A stretch of 64,000 nt of DNA from positions 112,468,001-112,532,000 of the forward strand of contig OZ024740.1 of the NCBI GenBank assembly GCA_964016885.1, written 5' to 3'. The translations under genes and the position numbers were made by a program. Source of the DNA: Eledone cirrhosa. Its lineage: Eukaryota. The notes beneath the pieces were generated by a model. The model saw only the letters and a list, made by a program, of their open reading frames with translations. It had not been told where the DNA came from and searched no databases. Shown here in pieces: positions 39,028 through 52,215 of the stretch. Within the stretch, counting starts at the first letter, position 1, and the number at the start of each line of letters is the position of its first letter.

Positions 39028-40274
39028 TCAGTTTGGGAGAGAAATATTGACAGATAGATAGATTGATAGATAGATAGATGGAGTTTCGCAGAGTGGGATT
39101 GATAGATAGATAGATAGAGAGAGAGAGCATTGAGAGAAATTAGTACAGACGGCAGGGCAGAATCAATCAATAATTTACCAATGGAATCTTCATAATTCTC
39201 TACAACAAACTCACCATGTGTTGCTTACATCCTTTACTTTTTCTTCTCTTATTTATATATTTATTTATTGCATGCCTGTAAGTCTACATTTTTTCATCTT
39301 CTCTGGTAGAACCTGCCCTCTAATATTTATTATTCTCAGTTCATTTGGCTCCCTTCCTTTAAAAGATAATCCAACTGTATTTACATCAGAATCTGGTGGA
39401 GTTGAGGGTTAATTATGATTGTGGTGTGTATGTGTGTGTACATGTGTGTGTGTGCATATGTGTGTATGTGTGCATATGTGTGTATGTGCGTGTGTATGTG
39501 TGTGTACGTGTGTGTGTGCATATGTGTGTGTGTGTGTGTGTGCATATGTGTGTGTATGTGCTGAAAATGATGTCTTGTTTGGTGGTCATAGAGTTAGAGA
39601 TTTGTTAATAGCTCTTCCTTGTATATTTAGAAGTTATGGTAATTTTGTGTGCATGGGGGGTAGCTTGTATTTGTAAGGTATGTATGATAATTATATTTAT
39701 AGTTATAAAACGTTAGATATTAAGTATGTGAACATGACCAGCAGCTCTGGCCCACACATATATTATTAAAATTTTGTTCCTGAATGTGTTAACATATACA
39801 ATATATATGACTGATGATGTTTTTATTGCCCACTAGGGCATATATATATATATATGTTAGACACACAGTGACTAACAACAGAATGTTTTAAGTCTGCGTG
39901 TCTGACATACATGTGTAGCTTGTGAATAAAAAACTCAAGGGGTATCGCTGGCCCTGGTGATCCCTCCCAAACATCTTTTGTAATGTATCGTCTTATTGGT
40001 TAATTTCATCGTCTTATTGGCTAATCAACCAACGAGAGTAATTGTTGCTCAAAAGCATCCGCCACTTTGTTTCCATGTTTATTTATTGTTTCGCTTTCGA
40101 ATCTTCCTCCAGTATTTCGTCGTTTATCATCAAAATATTTTTCTCGTTTTGGTAAGTTATATTGTTAATTTAAATATGATTTTTTAAATTTATATTAACT
40201 ATTAAAAGTCTGAAAATATTTTTATACATCTTACAATAATATTTATAAGATCATTTATAAAATAACAATATTAA

Positions 40275-40711
40275 ACTAGACCTGAAAAATGCGCAAGCTC
40301 AAAAGACCCACAGAATGTTATAATAAACCTTCAAAAGTGTGGGACTAGAGTTGTTGCTCAAAAATATAGTAATCATTATCTATCGTACAATCTGTGGTAT
40401 CTTTTTATAAAAAAGAGACTCATAACGAACTCAAGACGACACGATAATTATTTAAGTGACACGATAATTATTTAAGTGCATTTCGTATTAATCATTACTA
40501 AACATCTAATATGAGATATTGAACATTAGCTTAAATAATTATCATGTCGTCTTGAGTTCGTTATGAGTCTCTTTTTTATAAAAGGATGCCACAGAATGTA
40601 CGATAGATAATGATTACAATATTTTTGAGCAACAACACTAGTCCCACACTTTTGAAGGTTTATTATAACATTCTGTGGCTCTTTTGAGCTTGCGCATTTT
40701 TCAGGTCTAGT
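40275..40711. mobile_element. Long palindromic element: 182-bp arms (40275-40456 and 40530-40711) with a 73-bp spacer
   Basis: actagacctgaaaaatgcgcaagctc ... gagcttgcgcatttttcaggtctagt. The arms pair with only scattered mismatches. Confidence 0.9.
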
Positions 40712-40969
40712 ATATATATATATATTCAATTAGAGAAAGTTGGTTGATTGAACATCAGCTGACTTTTGCATAACAGATATCAAGCACTCAACCATTTATA
40801 TTTATCTGGAGTTTTATTATAATAACTAGACAACCCATGACCCATTGGGTCACGTTTACTTCAAAATATTTTTTTAAAATCATGTTCACTTAAAAATAAT
40901 TTTAAAATAATTAAAATTATCAGACATGTATATAATGTGAAATGAAACTGGAAGTCCCATATATATATG

Positions 40970-41420
40970 TCATCATCATCATCATCATCACCGTTTTATG
41001 TCCATTCTTCCATGCTAGCATGGGTTAGACGGGTTGTCCTGTTGTCCTGTCCAGTCGGCTGACCATGCCTTGCTCATACGGGAACTGATTCTGGCTTGAT
41101 TTCTACAGCTGGATGCCCTTCCTAACACCAACCTCATTTACAGTGAGTGCTGGGGGCTTTTTTCCGTTGCGCCTACATGTCCATTTTACAGTGTGGGCTG
41201 GGTGCTTTTTTGCCGTGGCTCCTCCATGGCCACTTTGCAGTGGGAGGGTGTGGAGGCATATTGTCTATATGCTTCAGCTTCAGCTTGTACCCGTGGGGGG
41301 TCGGGTCTTCTGTATTACTGCGTGATGCCAGAGGTCATGGCCATGTGTCATCGTCTTTGAGAGGTGTAATTGGGTAAGGTCGGCTTTTATCACCTCATCC
41401 CAGGTCTTCTTGGGTCTCCT
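40970..41420 (-). mobile_element. RTE subfamily A 3' end
   Basis: Reverse complement of about 19350-19800. Confidence 0.9.
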
Positions 41421-41515
41421 TGGGTGTGTATATATATATATATATATATGTGAATGTCTGTGATCTATATATACTGGTCATACACATATATATATATATA
41501 CACACACACACTCAC

Positions 41516-41554
<39 letters not shown>

Positions 41555-41557
41555 CAC

Positions 41558-41592
<35 letters not shown>

Positions 41593-41911
41593 TAACAACA
41601 CCACCAGCTCTCTCTCTCTCTCTGTCTCCTCTCCCTCTCTCTATGTCTCTCTTTCAATCTACTCTCTTACAACCACTAGCTCTTTTTCTCTAACCTTCTC
41701 TCTCACTCTGTTTATGAAGGTAGATGGAAAAACCCCATATGTCGGGAACCTGTCCTCCAATTTACGCGAAACTTGTTTTATTCCATTTGTATTTGCATTT
41801 CAGGGTTGTTTTTGGCTGTTTCATTTCACATTACAGACAAGCAAGCAATTGCAGAGTTTTAGTAATATATAGATAACCATCTTACTTATTTATTATTATA
41901 TATGTGTGTAA

Positions 41912-41952
<41 letters not shown>

Positions 41953-41953
<1 letters not shown>

Positions 41954-42175
41954 TTACTCAGCTGTAGAAATGAGATGATAGGGACTGGGGTCCATATCAT
42001 TCCACTGCAAAGTGTTCGTGGAGGTGCCATGGAAAAAAAGCACCCAGCACTCACTGTAAATGAGGTTGGTGTTAGGAAGGGCATCCAGCTGTAGAAATCA
42101 AGCCAGAATCAGTTCCCGTCCCACTCTTGCAAGCAGGGAAAAGCGGACGTAAAATGAAATGATGATGAAAATGAT
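41953..42175 (+). mobile_element. 5'-truncated SINE S2
   Basis: Matches the 3' half of 28258-28574. Confidence 0.85.
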
Positions 42176-42276
42176 GTGTGTGTGTGTATGTAAAAGGTAA
42201 ACAGAAATAACAAAAGAAATGGCACAATACATGGAAGAAATATATTAGTTTAACACTTGAAATAGCAGGAAGATAG

Positions 42277-42312
42277 TCTTAACGTTTCAGACACTAGTCC
42301 TTCATCAGAAGA
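42277..42312 (-). ncRNA. Minimal type-I hammerhead ribozyme candidate within a Penelope-like remnant
   Basis: Minus strand reads tctt-CTGATGA-a-ggac-tagt-gtct-GAAAC-GTT-aaga. Confidence 0.6.
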
Positions 42313-42423
42313 TAGAATTAGAAATAGAAGATTGATGAGAGGAATAAACAGGGAAAATGGGAAAAAATTGGGGAGAAGAAAAACACATGTATTTCGTCAG
42401 CCAAAACATTATTAAGAGTATTA

Positions 42424-42841
42424 CCATATATGCTGGCGCATAGGTCGACCCCTAAAATTCTGAGGTATCATTCATGTTAAGGTCTATATTCACTGGATAA
42501 GACGACCCCCCAAAAAATAAGGCAGTACCCCAGCCCTAGATGCATTTGCCATTCTTTATTTGCACAAAATATAAAACATGGAAAAAAACACTAGATAGTT
42601 GTAAAATAAAATATTATTATAATCTCTACGTTAAATAGATTTAATAAATATGAGATTCAGTAAGAAATAATTATGGTGGGCTGCTATAATTATGGTAAGT
42701 GGTGTACAATGAGTGTTAGGCAGGCAGTTTTACCCTTCAGAAGTAAAGGTTCACATTTTATATTTGGTGGACAAGTCGACCCCTGGTTTTGGAGAGATAT
42801 TTTTAGGCTCCAAATGTTGACTTGTACGCCGGCATATATGG
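42424..42841. mobile_element. pogo/Tigger-like (TcMar) non-autonomous element
   Basis: TA flanks and ~26-bp TIRs ccatatatgctggcgcataggtcgac / gttgacttgtacgccggcatatatgg. Confidence 0.85.
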
Positions 42842-43754
42842 TAATTGAATATTAAATGAAATTGAATAGACAGAAACTGTACTGAAGCCCATTGGATTGT
42901 ACCTGTTGTTGGGGTGGTAAGCTTAATTCATTATCTTATTTAACACCACCACCTGCTTTTTAGCTTCCTGTAGTGGAGTCCACTGTTACCTTGAATTCAG
43001 ACCAACTCTCCTATCAGAAGTCAAATAACTCAATATATTAGTGTACTTTTTCTTAATGCAGTAGCACATAGTATGTTGTTTTTGCTTTCTCTATCTCATA
43101 CAAATATCAAAATATATTTCCTCCTCCAAGCCATAGAAAATATAATAAAAACCAGTATAAGAAACTTTTATTCTTCTAGTAGGTTTTCTTTGCCCACCAA
43201 TCTATCAATCTCCTAAATGTTTTGTATCTTCTTACACTGGCTTGAGGTACACTCTACATCAACAGACTCAACAACACTACCTGACTGTACTGTTGTGTAC
43301 ACTCTTATCATTATCACTTGGTTCAGAATAATTTTGGCTTTCAAAATCTCTATCATTATTATAATTTAGACTCAGTTACGGCCCGAGTTCAAATCCCGTC
43401 GAGGTTAACTTTGCCTTTCATCCTTATGGGGTCGAAAAAATAAAGTACCATTAATACACTGGGTAATTGCTGGCCTTGTGCCAAAAGTAGAAACAATTAT
43501 TATAATTTAGACTGTTCGCTTTATCAAAATATAATTTGTAATTTTGTGAATACGATGCACAAAAATGTGTGTAAATATATTGAAGTATTTCCCATGAACA
43601 TACAAGTTGTACGTCATAAGAAACATATCTGATTAGCCAGGAGCTTAGACAATATGTTTAAATATTCAAACACATGATGATTATTCAGTTGGTTTTGTTG
43701 AAAAAGGTAAATTAATTCTTTTTCAAAAACATGTTGTTGAGGCTTATTAATATA

Positions 43755-44527
43755 CCATATTTGACAGCTTATTAAGATGACCTTTTTTTTTTTCAAAAAA
43801 ATGTTCCAGAAAATTAACCCTGTGTCTTATAAGGTCAAGAGTCAGTTTAGGTTACTGGCTAGTGGAATTCTAACGTTGCTGTAGCCCTTAAATTAAACAT
43901 ATCTGTTGCTGTACATAAAAGAGTAATATTTGCTGGCCACCTACGAGGCTGTGTCCCCATTAGTGCTTTGGAAACCACAAGCAGTCTCTAATAACAGGGG
44001 GTGCAAGCTCTCCTACCCTGATGTCATCTCCAGAGATTCTGGTATTGAAATCCAGGACTTGGCAATGGCAATAAACAACAGACCCACGGGGATATCAATT
44101 GTTGAGTCCATATCAGTTGAGGCCGCCAGATGATGATGATGAAATTAAACCCACAAACATCGCCACCAATGTAAACAAAATGGAGATTTTTTTCTACATC
44201 AACAATGGCAACTCTTTTCTTAAAAAAAAGCTACAATTTTAATAATTTTTATGATGAATAAAATACATTTATTTTCACTTTCTTTTGTTTTAAAAATGTA
44301 CTAAATATTTCAACAAAAAATACGAGGTAGAGTATAAAGTAAATTTATTTTCACAATTCCTTGTTTTAAGAATGTAGTAAATTATTACAACTAGAATTAC
44401 AATGTAGAATGATAAAAAAAATATAATGTGCAAACTTGATACCCTTCACCTGACATTCATAGTTTAGATCATTCTTTTTTTAATGCCTGCCCAAATATAG
44501 GTGCATCTTATAAGCTGTCAAATATGG
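43755..44527. mobile_element. pogo/Tigger-like non-autonomous element containing a LINE 3' fragment (about 43900-44142, +)
   Basis: TA flanks and TIRs ccatatttgacagcttattaagatg / catcttataagctgtcaaatatgg. The insert encodes LVLWKP...YPDVISRD, ends in (GAT)n and is flanked by aaattaaac on both sides. Confidence 0.82.
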
Positions 44528-44884
44528 TATATTCTCAATATAAGAAACATTTTTAGTCTTTTTTCCCTGCTAAAGCAGGAGTTAGCTTCACAGGCCACAT
44601 GATGAGCTTCTCCATTTTGCCCTATTATCTACGTAACCAACCCTTTAAGTTACATTTCTTCCTTCATCATGTTTAGCCATCTGTCTCTTTTTGGGGTCTT
44701 CTGCTTCCTCTACTCCCTGCCACATTCATTTACATCACTCCTCTCACCTAATTACATTCCTCCTTTTTTACCATATAACCAAATTACCTCATTCCCTATA
44801 CAACATTCATCATTGGCTCTACTCTTTTGCCTATCTTGATTGGCTCTTTGATACTTTGAATTTCATATTTCATTCTATAAAATT

Positions 44885-45200
44885 TGCAATCTTGTATCAA
44901 AATAAAAGCTTCAACTTATAACTGCAATCTTGTCTCTAAATAAAAGCTACAACTCATGACTGCAATCTTGTATCAAAATTATGGCTACGACTTATGACTG
45001 CAATCTTGTATCAAAATTATAGCTACGACTTATGACTGCAATCTTGTATCAAAATTATAGCTACGACTTATGACTGCAATCTTGTATCAAAATTATAGCT
45101 ACGACTTATGACTGCAATCTTGTATCAAAATAAAAGCTACAACTTATGACTGCAAACTTATATCAAAATAAAAGCTATAACTTATGGCTGCAATATTGAA
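44885..45200. repeat. 38-bp minisatellite (caatcttgtatcaaaattatagctacgacttatgactg), about 8 copies
   Basis: Direct reading. Confidence 0.92.
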
Positions 45201-45651
45201 ATAATTTCAGGTATTATTCAAAGCCAAAAATCACATTGAGTAAGAAAAATGTTAGCTAAAGTCATGTTTTCTTAAATGTATTTTTGTTTGTAATAATAAA
45301 TTAAGCAGCTCAATAATTATGTCTCAATAATTATGTCTCAATAATTATAGATCTTCAGACTGGAAATGTTCCTCACCTCTGAATTAGATGTTTGATGTTC
45401 TTTTATACGATATTGTCTTGTTTATTCACCTGGTGCTTGTGGAAAAAAAACATGAGTATTTTCGCAGCCTTTCATTCCTGACTCAATTAAAACATCTTAA
45501 CTTCATCATTATTATCATTGTTCTACACAGTAACATGTGCTGCTACAAGCCTGTTCTCCCTACTTCAGTCATCAACAGCTGTTACTTTAAATAGGAAACA
45601 TTCATTAATTCATTAATACATTTAACTTATTTTCTATTATATTTCTACTAT

Positions 45652-45975
45652 TAACTTCACTTCTATATGTACACAACTTCAACTCTACATGTACACAACT
45701 TCACCTCCACATGTGCAAAACTTCACCTCTGCATGTGCATAGTTTCAACTCTACATGTGCACAACTTCACCTCTACATGTGCATAGCTTCAACTCTACAT
45801 GTGCACAACTTCACCTCTACATGTACACAACTTCAACCCCACATGTGTACAACTCTACATGTTCACAAACTTCAACCCCACATGTTCACAATTTCAACTC
45901 TACATGTTCACAACTTCAACCTTATATGTGAACAACTTCAACTCTACATGTGCACAATGTCTACCCTACATGTTT
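45652..45975. repeat. 22-bp minisatellite (aacttcaactctacatgtgcac)
   Basis: Direct reading. Confidence 0.9.
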
Positions 45976-46137
45976 GTGCATGTGTGCATGCACATATATT
46001 TTATTCTATAGTGATTAAGAAAGCTTCATGTATTCTTCATGCACAAATAACGCGTGTGTTATGCATATAGTTTCATGTGCATTTTATAGTAGACATTACT
46101 GTTGTACAATGGTGGTGTTATTATTACTATCATTATA

Positions 46138-46790
46138 AGGGTGATGGATAGGCAGAATTGGTAGAGCATCCGAGAAAATGCTTTGCAGTATTTAGTTACA
46201 ATTGTCTACGTTTTCATCCCAAATCCAGCTGTGGTCACCTTTGCCTTTCATAAAGTACCAGTCAAATACTGGGATCCATATCATTGACTTTTCTCTCCCC
46301 ACAAATTGCAGGCCTTGTGCCTAAATTAGAAATTATCATCATTGACATTATTATTATTATTACAAACGGTGGATTGATAGTATCGGTAGAGCATCGGCCA
46401 CCCTGCTTCATGGCATAGTTACATCCCTTCACATTCTGAGTTCAAATTCCACAGAGGTTGGCTTTGCCATTCATCCTAACCGAGTCGATAAAATAAAGTA
46501 CCAGTAATGCAAATTGGGGTCAATTTAATCGACTTTCCCCTCTCTTCAAATTTGTTGCTCTTGAGCCTAAATCAGAAACCATTATTATTATTATAAGGGA
46601 CGGTGGATTGGCAGTATCGGTAGATGGTCGAACACCGTGCTTTGACGCATAGAGTTACGGCCCTTGCCATTCTGAGTTCAAATCCCGCCGAAGTTAACTT
46701 TGCCTTTCATCCTTATGGAGTCGATAAAATAAAGTACCAGTAATGCACTGGTTAATTGCTGGCATTGTGCTAAAAGTAGAAACAATTATT
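46138..46790 (+). mobile_element. Three tandem S1-type SINEs directly upstream of the PDZ exon
   Basis: Heads at about 46138, 46367 and 46597, each with B-box-like sequence and the conserved body. Confidence 0.88.
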
Positions 46791-46866
46791 ATTATTATCT
46801 TCATCATCATTATTATATAATAATAATAGTCTGATAATAATTTGAATTTTCTTCTATTGTTTACAG

Positions 46867-46962
46867 GAAGTAATCCTTCATCGAGCTAGCAATGAAAAGC
46901 TGGGTCTAACTCTTTGTTATGGATCATTGGACGATGACATAACTGATATATTTATTGGTGAG
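46867..46962 (+). CDS. PDZRN3-like: Internal coding exon (96 nt, phase 0/0) of a PDZ-domain protein, PDZRN3/PDZRN4/PDZD4 (Slip1-like) family: EVILHRASNEKLGLTLCYGSLDDDITDIFIGE
   Basis: Acceptor ttttcttctattgtttacag and donor gag|gtaagt. The peptide aligns with the PDZRN3/4 second PDZ domain as I recall it (EVELYR....KLGLTVCY..DD.....IY.SE); the KLGLT.CY binding loop is characteristic. Confidence 0.88.
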
Positions 46963-49900
46963 GTAAGTTACCAGTTTACTTGACATCTTTGAGAGCTTTC
47001 ACCAATAGAGTAACGAAACCTTTCTGCACACACTTCACTTGTTTTTTCATTAAAATAATGAAACCTCTCTGCATATATTTATTCAGTTGAGGTTTCGTCA
47101 TTAGAAGAATGAAATTCTTCTGAATTTGTTGCCATGTGGCTATTGACAGAGTCCAGTCCATTGTAGTGTTCTTTTGGTTGAGTGGTGACCATGGTAAAAG
47201 AGGTTGTGTGGTGGATACAAGTGAAATTAGACTAAGGCAGACACTTTCCTTTCTGGCCAAGCTCTCATTCACTCTTTCAAATACCACTTAGAGAGTATAC
47301 TAAGGTTGGATAGGCAGTTGCTCTCCTGAAGTACATTTAGTGAAAGATGGGTGAGTGTGGCAAGCATGGCCTGGATAAAATAGGCCTACAATGAGTATGT
47401 GTTTGTAGCTTGGGGAGCTACCTGGAGTAAACCTGGATCTCTAGAGTTCCTTCTTTCGCTCAATGTGGCAGTCCTCCTTCTTTTGGGGGACTATCACACA
47501 TTTGTATACAATGTTTCTCTCTCTCTCCATTTTTTTCATTCATTGGATTTCAGTATGACCCTACACACTTTTCATAACATGTCTATAATGCCTCCTTGTC
47601 TATCAACCTTGGGTCAGTAAATGTCAGTGGAATCATTAGGGCATCAAACAACAATTAATCTGACCTACTTATAGACATTACCTTTCTAGTGCTTGTTCAG
47701 AAATTAGAAAAAATGCCACGGTTGTGAGTTCAGGCCCCACTCAAGGTAATATTATTTTAAAGGCTGTTGATTAGAAGAACGGTTAGGGCATCGGACAAAA
47801 TGCTCTGCAGAATTTAGTTATAGATCTTTACATCTGAGTTCAATATAATCAACCTTCTCCTCAAGCCACAAACCAAAAATTGCTGGCCTTGGGCCTAAAT
47901 TAGAAATCACCAACACTAACACCACCACTACTACTACTACTACCACCACCACTACCGCCACCACCACCACCACCACCACCACCACTACTACAACTACTAC
48001 AACATTTTTTTATGTCTGTGTATTGTATGCATGTATCTATTAAATCTACATGAGAAATGAAACCCTATAGTTTGTTAGGTCAGTAAGTCTTGGAGAGAAA
48101 TAAAAAAATGTTTTTGTTCTGCTATAAATCAATATAAATCACTAGAATGACAGATGTAAGCATGTATGGGAAGAAGGATGATGCAGTTATTTTTGGTCAA
48201 CTGATCTTTCTGCTTTCTTCTAGTGTGGGCCTGGGTGGGTTGGTTCTTTCTTGTGGTTCTTGGTGTTGAGCATCATGGTTGTGTTATCTTGTTCTATACT
48301 CTTAACATTAAATATCATCAGCAGAAGGAAGCTCAGGTTACCAAATTGATAGCATTTATAGGAGAGATAGATCACAACATTGCTACCCCCTATAAATTCA
48401 TAAATGACCTTTAGAGGTCATTTTACTCATGCTTCTTTCTCCTTTTCCTTCTCACTATCACTGATGAAGGGAACAAACTCAACTCAATACAAGCCACAAT
48501 ATTGTCTAACAAAAGATATGAATATAACAATATATGTACACATACACACACAGGCTCTCTGTCTCTCTCTGTCTGTCTCTCTCCCTCTCGCTAATTTACA
48601 CATATATACAGAAAAGCTCGCACACAGAGGCTCATAAACAGACATGCACATATACATGTGTGTCTGCCATGTGTATAATTAGAGCATAGAATTTTGAAAA
48701 AGACTCACCTTAGATAATATGATGTGTGTGAGTTTGTATGCCCCCAGACAGACACATATACATGCATACACTCAAACACAGACACACATGCACATACATT
48801 TATATACAACAATACTGTGCAATACTCATTCAAGATGTTTTTATAGAATAAAGATTTAAGCTTTGAAGCAATCACAGCAATTTTCAGAGGCTGATGTCTG
48901 GAATATACCTCTGGTTTTTAATATATATCCTCCTGAAAGGCTGCATAGAATATGGAACTTCACTATTTAGAAAAGTTGGCTTGAGTGAGCTAAGACCTGA
49001 ATGAACATCAGTAAACATGAGTGAATTGGCTGAATTGTTAGAGCACTGGTATTTTTCCAGTTATCTGTGCTCAGACTTCAAATCTCAATGAGGCCAACTT
49101 TGTCTTTCATCCTTTTGGAGATGATAAATAAAGTATCAATCCAGGGTCAGTCGATTGGCAGTATAGTTAAAAAGCTAGTTTCTGATATAAATTCATTGTA
49201 TTCTATGTTCAAATCCTGCCTCATTCTGTCAGGAATTGTAACTGGTAGATAGTATCAGCAATGGAAAGACCAATAGAAATAGAGTTTTCTTGGTCCAATC
49301 TGACAATTGGCTCCCTTTTTTCCCTTTTGAGTGAAAGAACTTCACATTTGCAAGCTAAGATCATTATATTTATAAGCTTGATGAAAGGGTTTAAATTGTG
49401 AAGTAAGACTTAAATCTTAATAAGCTTCAGTGAAGAGCTTGAGTTGGGAACTAATTAAAACATAAATACCATGGACTGCATGAATAAATAAAGTTTCAGC
49501 TACTTAGAAGATCTTTCTTTATGAAATATGTGTGTTGAATAGTGATAACTCATATCATGTAGGGATAGGGAATTTGGGACAGATGAAGAGGAATAGGTTA
49601 AGTTTAGTCTGTAGGATATACAATGTTAATTTACAAGTACATCGAGTAAGTAATTAGGTAGCAAAGCCTCTGCTTATGTCTTTGTGTGTGTGTGTGCAAC
49701 CATTGACAAATGGAGGAGAAAGATAATTAAATACATAAGTAGAGTATATATCTTTATTAAAGGTACAATGTCTCACAAAAGTTTTGTCGTTGCTTGAAAT
49801 ATTGCACCTGATGAAAAATGGAGTAGTAATAGACTGAATTATCAGCGTCAATCAGGTAGCATTCATCATCATCATCATCATCATTATCGTTTAATGTCTA

Positions 49901-51384
49901 TCTTCCACGCTAGCATGGGTTAGAATGGTTTGTCCCACTTGAGGCAAAATTGGTCAGGTGACCGTGTCTCGCTCATATAGAGCTGTATATATATGTATAT
50001 ATATATAATAATGATAATTACAAAGACCAAAATTAGAAGATCCTGTAATAGGGTGAAAGCAGAAATTCTTTGCTTAAACTTTAATGTGTACTAATAATAG
50101 ATAAATATATATATACATATATATATAGAGAGATTTGGGTATAGATTGAAGGTACCCATTTACATGTGTTGTGTTAAAGGGAATAACTATGTGTGTACCC
50201 TGGGAGTTTACTTAACATTACCTATTGAGTATGCTGAGATGCAACCGGTACTAGCAGTGAAACCCATGCTAGTCTCATGCTATTATATATATATATGAAG
50301 GCGTGGCTGAGTGGTTAGAGAATTGGATTCACAATCGTGAGGTTGTGCGTTCGATTCCCGGACAGGGCAAGACACTTTATTTCACGTTGCTCCTTCTACC
50401 TGGAGTTGCGACCGATAGAGAGTATTAGCAATTGGAAAGACCAATTTGTCAAAAGTCGATTGAATGTCGATATATATATAATAAGAGAGTCAAATATATT
50501 TGTATGAGCATTTAATGCAAATAACACTAAGGTCTTGTAGTGAAAAAAATATGAAGTTTATAGTAGAAAGCCTTGGGAAAGGGCAGTTTTAGGTCAAATC
50601 TGAAAAAATATTGGGTTTCATGGTTAAAATGACAGGATTAAGACACATTTAGACATTCTGAATTGCAGACTCAGCAAGTCATACCAATATGAACAATAAT
50701 GCTGGTGGTGGTTTTTAATAATGCATATATTTATACAAACAAACATACATATATACAAACCAACACATATACATACAAACGTTTGTATGTACATATACAA
50801 GTATACACACGTACACTTACACACACATATATATGTTACAGAATGAGAAAAAAACTTTTTAAAAAAAGGTACCAGTGCTGTCAAACAGTTTTTATGTCAT
50901 ACCCTTATCCCTCTATCTATCTTTGCTCCCTCCTGCCTCTGTAGCAGCACTAACATGATATGGGTTGCCATTCTAAAGCCCTGGATTATAAGAACCTGAC
51001 AGATTGACAGACAGGAAGTATCACACTATCAAAAGAATATAAATAATAACAAAACAAAAATAAAACTAAAACTTAAATCCCTGTTTCATAAACACCCTAT
51101 CTGATTGGGAGATAAGGGGGCTTGAGAGGAAATCAATATTGAACAATCACACTGTTGGAGGTTTAGTTGATACAATGAAACGATGTACCACCACAGCAGT
51201 TCTCACAGATTCAGGTCACATTCCTTCTTCCCCTGCACTACCACATTTCCTCAATTCCTCTCACATTTTAAACTGTTTTCTAGTAACTTTTTTTCCTCAT
51301 AACACTTTTACAGTATTAATTTATTAAAGAATACAAATCTTTATTAATAATTAAAAATGGAAAAGAAAGATAAAGGCTCTAGGG

Positions 51385-51905
51385 TAGGGGTGTGCAACAT
51401 ATTCCATTGGCAGGCCACTTTTGAACATTGGAACAACTATTAGGGCCATTAATATTTATTAAGTACTATTAAGGCGGTGGATTGGCAATATCGGTAGAGG
51501 GTTGGACGCCATGCTTTCCAGCATAGTTACGTCCCTTTACGATCTGAGTTCAAATCCCGCCGAGGTTTGCCTTTCATCCTGATGGGGTCGATAAAATAAA
51601 GTACCAGTAATACACTGGGTAATTGCTGGCCTTGTGCCTAAAGTAGAAACAATTAATATGTATTAAGTACTATAGCAAAGATTCACCACAACTTCTTTCC
51701 TTAACATGGAACTGGGAAATTATAACACACATCACCCTCTCAGTGAAGCCCTTTAGTATAGTCAACTAACAGAAATATTACAGTTTCGAAAAAAATTCTA
51801 AATAAGCTTACAAGGTAAAATTAAAAACGGTTATTGCGGGCCACTCTGCAACAGGTGAACCGTGGGCCAGATTTTGGCCCACGGTTCGCCTGTTGCACGC
51901 CATTG
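51385..51905. mobile_element. hAT (Charlie-like) MITE with a nested S1 SINE (51472-51656)
   Basis: 8-bp TSD ctctaggg at 51377-51384 and 51906-51913. Imperfect TIRs taggggtgtgcaaca / tgttgcacgccattg. The SINE is flanked by duplicated tattaagtactat. Confidence 0.85.
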
Positions 51906-51914
51906 CTCTAGGGT

Positions 51915-52215
51915 CACAGAAGAATGTGAGGGGGTGATTGGCTCTGGGCCTAGGGTGCGGCAGTGCTGGAGTTGCGCCCCGTGGGCAATAGCCAGTGACA
52001 CCAGCTGCAACAGCCATCCCACCTCAGGGGCTCCTTCCTCAGACGGGTAGCTGATGCTTCAATCTTGTGGAGGAGCTCAGCAGTGTGGGTGTCTGATTTT
52101 GATGGCAACCAGTGTGAAGAGGAAGCAAACAGATAATCCCTGGTATTTGTTTGTCTTCCTTTCCTCTGCATTGCAGGACATAGTACCGAGTTTTGTGCCC
52201 AAAGCGACTAAGTAA
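51915..52215 (+). mobile_element. Probable RTE-type 5'UTR fragment
   Basis: GC-rich block containing gatggcaaccagtgtgaagaggaagcaaac, resembling a motif seen in RTE leaders. Assigned by resemblance only. Confidence 0.4.

Noticed and set aside
48455-48490. Hammerhead-like CTGATGA at about 48461
   Set aside because: The GAAA half of the core is missing. At most a dead remnant.
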